From Candidatus Pelagibacterales bacterium (GTDB lineage: Bacteria; Pseudomonadota; Alphaproteobacteria; Pelagibacterales; AG-422-B15): DNA of 64,000 nt. Where the stretch lies: positions 20,559 to 84,558 of the forward strand of contig JBJLDC010000015.1 of the NCBI GenBank assembly GCA_045567365.1. Direction: 5' to 3'. Below, piece by piece: positions 59,600 through 64,000 of the stretch. The position numbers and the translations under genes are program-made. Numbering within the stretch: position 1 is the stretch's first letter; every line of letters begins with the position of its first letter. Under the pieces are notes generated by a model. It ran no database searches. It worked only from the letters and a program-made list of their open reading frames with translations, and was not told where the DNA came from.

Positions 59600-60991
59600 T
59601 TATTTTTTAATAATTTTTAATACAGAAGATATTAAATTCTGACGTTCAATATTTATTTGGCCTGCTTTACTTTCTTTCCACTCATCTCTTTCACTTATTT
59701 GTTTTGAAATCTCTTTTCCGGCAGATAAATCCTTAATTGATAAAACACCTTGTTCAAACTCTTCATCGCCTGCAATAATTGCAATTGAAGCATTGCGTTT
59801 ATCACAATATTTAAGTTGCTTACCAAGATTTTGTGATCCGAATGAAATTTCACATGGAATATTGTTCTCTCTTAATTCTTCAGCAATTTTGATATATTCA
59901 CTTAACTTTTCAGAGTTCATATTAATGATTACAACCAATGGATTTTCTGAAACATCTAAATTATTTCTTTGCTGCAATGCATAGACTAATCGATCAACTC
60001 CAATTGAAATACCAGTTGCAGCCACATCTTCTTTTCCAAAACGAGATATTAATTTATCGTATCTACCTCCTCCAGCTACAGAACCAAAAATAACATCCAT
60101 TCCCTTATTATTTTTTACCGTGAACAATAGCTCTGCCTCAAAAACCATCCCAGTATAATAGTCTAGTCCTCTAACAACTGATGGATCAAAATCAATTGAT
60201 AAATTTGGAAAGTTAGATAAATAATTTTCAAAATCTAGAATTTGTTCATTTGATTTGTCTCCATTTTTAATGAATCGAACAATTGATTCTGCCTGTTCAA
60301 CTGAAAGACCAACACCACTCATCACATCGCCTGACTGATCTTTTCGCCCAGTTGTAAGTAGCTCTCTAACTCCATCCTCACCAAACCGATCAAGCTTATC
60401 TATTGCCCTTAACACCTCTGAAATCTGGTTTAAGGGAATATCAATCTCATTAAACAAATCATTCCAAATCATTCTATTCGAATATTTAATTCTATAATCT
60501 TGAGGACTTAGGCCAAGTTTCTCAAAAATTTTTGCAACCATAACACAAAGCTCTGCGTCAATATTAGAACTTTGAACACCAATGACATCTGCATCAAATT
60601 GTCTAAATTCTCGATATCGTCCGGGTCCTGGTTTTTCATTTCGCCAAACATTTCCACTTTGATAACGTTTAAACGGTTTAACAATATTTTGATAATTAGC
60701 TGCTACAAAACGAGCTAATGGTGCTGTAAGATCGTAGCGCAAAGATATCCATTGATTATCTTCATCTTGAATTGAAAATACTCCACCACTTGGACGATCA
60801 ATATCAGGCAAGAATTTTCCTAAGGCATCAGTAAATTCAAATGCAGGAGTTTCTAACTCTCTAAATCCAAAATTTTGACACACTTCTTCTATTGTCTTCG
60901 AAACTTTTTTTCGAATACTGATTGTAATCTCGTCATTATCTTTAAATCCTTTTGGCAATATAGCCTTTGGATTTTTTTGGTCTTTTTTCAT
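59600..60991 (-). CDS. hisS: Histidine--tRNA ligase
   Basis: 463 aa. Class II motifs (RYREFRQFDADVIG, GGGRYDKL) and a C-terminal anticodon-binding domain. Confidence 0.93.
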   Translation of the reverse strand: MKKDQKNPKAILPKGFKDNDEITISIRKKVSKTIEEVCQNFGFRELETPAFEFTDALGKFLPDIDRPSGGVFSIQDEDNQWISLRYDLTAPLARFVAANYQNIVKPFKRYQSGNVWRNEKPGPGRYREFRQFDADVIGVQSSNIDAELCVMVAKIFEKLGLSPQDYRIKYSNRMIWNDLFNEIDIPLNQISEVLRAIDKLDRFGEDGVRELLTTGRKDQSGDVMSGVGLSVEQAESIVRFIKNGDKSNEQILDFENYLSNFPNLSIDFDPSVVRGLDYYTGMVFEAELLFTVKNNKGMDVIFGSVAGGGRYDKLISRFGKEDVAATGISIGVDRLVYALQQRNNLDVSENPLVVIINMNSEKLSEYIKIAEELRENNIPCEISFGSQNLGKQLKYCDKRNASIAIIAGDEEFEQGVLSIKDLSAGKEISKQISERDEWKESKAGQINIERQNLISSVLKIIKK

Positions 60992-61220
60992 ATATTCATA
61001 GTTTTAGTATCTCTATAATACTATATTTTGTTTAATGGTATAAGGGGGTCGTGGTCTGCTAGTAGTTTTTTCTAGCAAACTTAAATATGTGCGGTGTGAT
61101 GTTTAAAGTTAAACATAAACTAGGATTTGCATTATTTAGTAGAAAAAGTCAAATATAATTGAAATTTTGTATATATGACCAAAATTGTGTATTGTAATAT
61201 CTTTAAATCTCCTCATTTTT

Positions 61221-62423
61221 ATGGATAGTATCATTAAGCATCCTCGTCTAATTTCATTTTATGCTGCTACAGGCCATCTTATGATGCATATGTTTGCTGC
61301 ATTTTATTTTGTAATTGTTCTGGCAATTGAGGATGATTGGAATTTTTCTTATGATGAATTGATTAACTTATGGCTTTTGGGCTCGCTATTAGTTGGGTTA
61401 GGTTCTATCCCCGCAGGTTGGCTTAGTGATCGATGGAGCCGCTCTGGAATGTTAGTGATCATGTTTATTGGACTTGGAGTCTCTTCTATATTGTGTGGAC
61501 TAAGCAATAATAAGTTTTCATTAATGATAAATCTATCAGCTCTTGGACTTTTCTGCTCAATCTACCATCCTGCAGGTATATCATGGGTTGTAAACACATC
61601 TAAAGAAACCGGAAAAGCTCTTGGTTTTAATAATATATTTGGTGGTGTAGGAATTGGATTAGGTGCATTCTCTTCAGGATTAATCATTGATTTGTACAAT
61701 TGGAATTATGCTTTTATTTTTCCAGGAGCAATATCAATAATTATAGGAATTGGTTTATTTCTTCATATTTATCAAGGCAAGATATCATTTAAAAATATTA
61801 TTTCTGACAAATTTAATGATAACCCTGAACAAAATCAATTATTAAAAATTGCCATCATAATGCTTATCAGCATTACATGTATGTCATTTGTATATCAGAT
61901 CCTACAATCTAGTTTACCTAAAGTCATAGATATTCGTTTAGCGGAAAGACTAGACTTTGGTGCATCACAAATAGGATTGATAGTATCTTTTATTTATATT
62001 GTAAGTGGCCTTATGAATTATATAGGAGGTATACTTGCAGACAAATATCCAGAAAAAAATATTTATTTAATTGGTATTTTGGGTCAAGGGATTTTACTTT
62101 TTTTTATATTTAGCCTTTCAAATTACTTCCTAATAATCATCAGTCTTTTCATTGTAGCTTTTAATTCATCTATACTACCTGCTGAAAATTTATTGCTCGC
62201 ATACTTTTCACCACAAAAGCATCAAAGTCTTGTATATGGAATTAAATTTATTGTTTCATTTGCAATAGCACCGATAGCTCTGTTTCTAATTTCAACAAGC
62301 TATGAAACAACAAAAGAATTTAGTTATTTATATCTTTCCAGCGGAATATTAATGCTGATATTATTTTTTGTTGTATTTACTCTTCCTTCAACACAAAAAA
62401 AGTCTATCAGTGAGGCATTCTAA
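61221..62423 (+). CDS. Major facilitator superfamily transporter
   Basis: About 12 hydrophobic segments and an MFS loop motif GWLSDRWSR. The ATG at 61221 is preferred over the TTG at 61185 used in the ORF track. Confidence 0.8.
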   Translation: MDSIIKHPRLISFYAATGHLMMHMFAAFYFVIVLAIEDDWNFSYDELINLWLLGSLLVGLGSIPAGWLSDRWSRSGMLVIMFIGLGVSSILCGLSNNKFSLMINLSALGLFCSIYHPAGISWVVNTSKETGKALGFNNIFGGVGIGLGAFSSGLIIDLYNWNYAFIFPGAISIIIGIGLFLHIYQGKISFKNIISDKFNDNPEQNQLLKIAIIMLISITCMSFVYQILQSSLPKVIDIRLAERLDFGASQIGLIVSFIYIVSGLMNYIGGILADKYPEKNIYLIGILGQGILLFFIFSLSNYFLIIISLFIVAFNSSILPAENLLLAYFSPQKHQSLVYGIKFIVSFAIAPIALFLISTSYETTKEFSYLYLSSGILMLILFFVVFTLPSTQKKSISEAF

Positions 62424-62859
62424 ACTTATCATGACAAGTTTTGCATTGTGACCAAATCATCTTTTTTTGATATTCTTTTAATTCATCACCCATTAAGTTC
62501 ATTACTATTGTAGCGAAATCACTAGCATCGTTTGACGCTTTGTTCATTAGATCATTGAATAATTGTTTCTCTTCCCAAACAGATGGTAATGCTTCAGTTT
62601 CAAAGCCAGTTTGTGTATTTGCAGGAAAATAATTTATTAATGCTTCATAATTTTTTGACATTTTCAGCGCTAATTCTGAAACAGCCTGATTATTTCCCTT
62701 TGTAATCTCAGAAGACATTTTTTTTGCATAACTATAATTTTGCTTAAACATAGCTTTTCGATCTTTTATAAACTTCTCCTGAGTCATGTCATCAGCATAT
62801 ATATTAATAGAAACTGTCGTAAAAATGATAACAACTAATAATTGAAGAATATTTTTCAT
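62407..62859 (-). CDS. Class II cytochrome c (cytochrome c-prime/c556 type)
   Basis: 150 aa. Signal peptide, four-helix-bundle-size protein, and heme motif CKTCH close to the C-terminus. Confidence 0.8.
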   Translation of the reverse strand: MKNILQLLVVIIFTTVSINIYADDMTQEKFIKDRKAMFKQNYSYAKKMSSEITKGNNQAVSELALKMSKNYEALINYFPANTQTGFETEALPSVWEEKQLFNDLMNKASNDASDFATIVMNLMGDELKEYQKKMIWSQCKTCHDKFRMPH

Positions 62860-62876
62860 ATATTAAAGTTATTATA

Positions 62877-63407
62877 ATGAAATATTTTAACAATGAAAAT
62901 AAATATGGAATAATTTCTATTTCATTCCATTGGATAACTTTACTAATTTTGATATTTCAAATTCCTTTAGGATTCTACTTAGAAGATCTTGAATTCTCAG
63001 ATTTTAAATTATCAATTGAAAATTATCACTCAATATTTGGGATGATTATTTTCTATATTACTTTATTGAGACTTATCTGGAAACTTATGAATGACTCGCC
63101 ACTTAGTGGTAGTCAAGTGCAGACCTGGCAATTAGTCATTTCTAAAGCAAATCACTGGTTATTGTATTTTACACTGCTTACTATTTCTATATCAGGAATA
63201 ATGAAAAAATTATTGTCTGGTGAAGATGTAAATTTTCTTTTTACATCTATATCTTTTGATTATTTTAATTTTGAAATTGTTGAAGTTGCTGAGAAAGTCC
63301 ATGTATCTGCATCTATTTTTTTGATAATTCTTATTGTCTTACATATTTTAGCAGTTCTATATCATCATATTTTTCTAAAAGACCCAATTTTAAAAAAAAT
63401 TTCATAG
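62877..63407 (+). CDS. Cytochrome b561-family membrane protein
   Basis: 176 aa, 4 TM. ISFHWITLLIL and VHVSASIFLIILIVLHILAVLYHH provide the conserved His pairs. Confidence 0.8.
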   Translation: MKYFNNENKYGIISISFHWITLLILIFQIPLGFYLEDLEFSDFKLSIENYHSIFGMIIFYITLLRLIWKLMNDSPLSGSQVQTWQLVISKANHWLLYFTLLTISISGIMKKLLSGEDVNFLFTSISFDYFNFEIVEVAEKVHVSASIFLIILIVLHILAVLYHHIFLKDPILKKIS

Positions 63408-63413
63408 ATAATA

Positions 63414-63490
63414 TGGTACAGCTGGGAGGATTTGAACCACCGGCCTCCTGGACCACAACCAGGCGCTCTAACCAACTGAGCTACAGCTGC
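63414..63490 (-). tRNA. tRNA-His (GTG), lacking an encoded G-1, with G1-U72 and A73
   Basis: The reverse complement folds by hand as GCAGCTG-TA-GCTC-AGTTGGTTA-GAGC-G-CCTGG-TTGTGGT-CCAGG-AGGCC-GGTGG-TTCAAAT-CCTCC-CAGCTGT-ACCA. The anticodon is GTG, CCA is encoded, and the nucleotide before position 1 is T. Confidence 0.9.
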
Positions 63491-63495
63491 ATAAA

Positions 63496-63571
63496 TGGTG
63501 GCTCGAGGTGGACTTGAACCACCGACACAAGGATTTTCAGTCCTATGCTCTACCAACTGAGCTATCGAGCC
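63496..63571 (-). tRNA. tRNA-Phe (GAA)
   Basis: The reverse complement folds by hand as GGCTCGA-TA-GCTC-AGTTGGTA-GAGC-A-TAGGA-CTGAAAA-TCCTT-GTGTC-GGTGG-TTCAAGT-CCACC-TCGAGCC-ACCA. It closely parallels E. coli tRNA-Phe. Confidence 0.92.
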
Positions 63572-63624
63572 GTAAGTGCAATACATTGCAAAAGCAACAA
63601 AATTACAAATATCTTTTAACTCTT

Positions 63625-63987
63625 TTATGTTAATTCTTCTAGTTTTTTTCTCAAACTAACAATCAGTTCTTCTAAATCTTTATAAGCATTCATTTCATCT
63701 GAAGAAATAAGCAGCCTTATATCATTGGACTTTTTTAAGTAAGCGCAGGGCAATGAGGCATCTTTCAGATTCTGATCATTCATTATGTGATCTCTATAAA
63801 TAAAAGAGGATTTAACTTTTATTTCTCTCAGAAATTTAGACCATTCAGCTCTTTTTCCAAAGTTGTCGTAAGTCATACTACAAAGGCTACATTCATATGT
63901 ATCAGGTGATACAATTTTATGTGCCCAATCTATTAGCGAATTAACTGTTCCACTCTTTGCATTATATATAAAAACTATTTCACTCAT
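63625..63987 (-). CDS. Hypothetical small protein with a C-x2-C motif
   Basis: 120 aa. IVFIYNAKSGTVNSLIDWAHKIVSPDTYECSLCSMTY. I recall similar uncharacterised proteins in other marine bacteria but cannot name a family. Confidence 0.5.
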   Translation of the reverse strand: MSEIVFIYNAKSGTVNSLIDWAHKIVSPDTYECSLCSMTYDNFGKRAEWSKFLREIKVKSSFIYRDHIMNDQNLKDASLPCAYLKKSNDIRLLISSDEMNAYKDLEELIVSLRKKLEELT

Positions 63988-64000
63988 ATGGCTCCAATAG

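Noticed and set aside
61040-61120. Whether the GC-rich island is a complete tRNA, a piece of a two-piece alphaproteobacterial tmRNA, or SRP/4.5S RNA.
   Set aside because: No D-stem partner, anticodon arm, T-arm (GGTTCGAATCC-like) or CCA end follows, and the conserved SRP domain IV and tmRNA tag-reading-frame features are absent. It is kept only as an unexplained element in the findings.
61052-63414. A possible integrated islet bounded by the tRNA-His 3' end (TGGTACAGCTGGGAGG) and a loosely similar string (TGGTCTGCTAGTAG) in the hisS-MFS spacer.
   Set aside because: Similarity is only about 15 of 22 positions with an indel. There is no integrase, and the enclosed genes (MFS, cytochromes) have the same composition as the rest of the window.
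63365-63586. A 73-aa minus-strand ORF (MYCTYGSIAQLVEHRTENPCVGGSSPP...).
   Set aside because: It is the translation of the tRNA-Phe and tRNA-His genes. AQLVEH and GGSSP-type peptides are the classic artefact of reading through tRNA sequence.

Overview
This is a visibly AT-rich (roughly 30% GC by eye), extremely compact chromosomal core segment. It holds about 62 protein-coding genes, 2 tRNAs and 1 riboswitch in 64 kb, with many 1-11 nt gene overlaps and most spacers under 60 bp. Several signatures point to a streamlined marine alphaproteobacterium of the SAR11/Pelagibacterales-like kind: an alpha-type S4 N-terminus, a hisS-hisZ-hisG operon, xseA-DUF2093-M23 peptidase, lspA-DUF3035, plant-type GshA, and a tRNA-His without G-1. 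That assignment is inference only. Content is mostly housekeeping: aminoacyl-tRNA synthetases (cysS, gltX, ileS, hisS); RNA modification (trmJ-like, rsmE, rsmD, tadA, a pseudouridine synthase); envelope and lipid A/Kdo genes (glmS, glmU, msbA, DUF374, waaA, lpxK, a late acyltransferase); cofactor genes (nadE, ribF, ubiA); groES-groEL, purD, rpoZ; and five acyl-CoA dehydrogenase (ACAD) homologs. I see no transposase, integrase, phage gene, CRISPR array, toxin-antitoxin pair, recognisable defence gene or DNA-binding regulator, so I do not claim a novel defence-type system. The most promising non-routine items are: (1) a clear cobalamin riboswitch driving a TonB-dependent receptor followed by a small DUF6580-like membrane protein, a possible minimal corrinoid importer; (2) a split ACAD10/11-type kinase plus dehydrogenase pair, a candidate 4-hydroxyacyl-CoA route, with an unannotated 54-codon ORF abutting it; (3) two tandem ACAD pairs that each look like one active plus one base-less subunit, one pair next to a TauE sulfite-exporter homolog; (4) several small conserved-unknown genes in tightly coupled operons. 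All functional calls come from motif recognition by eye and none has been checked by a database search.
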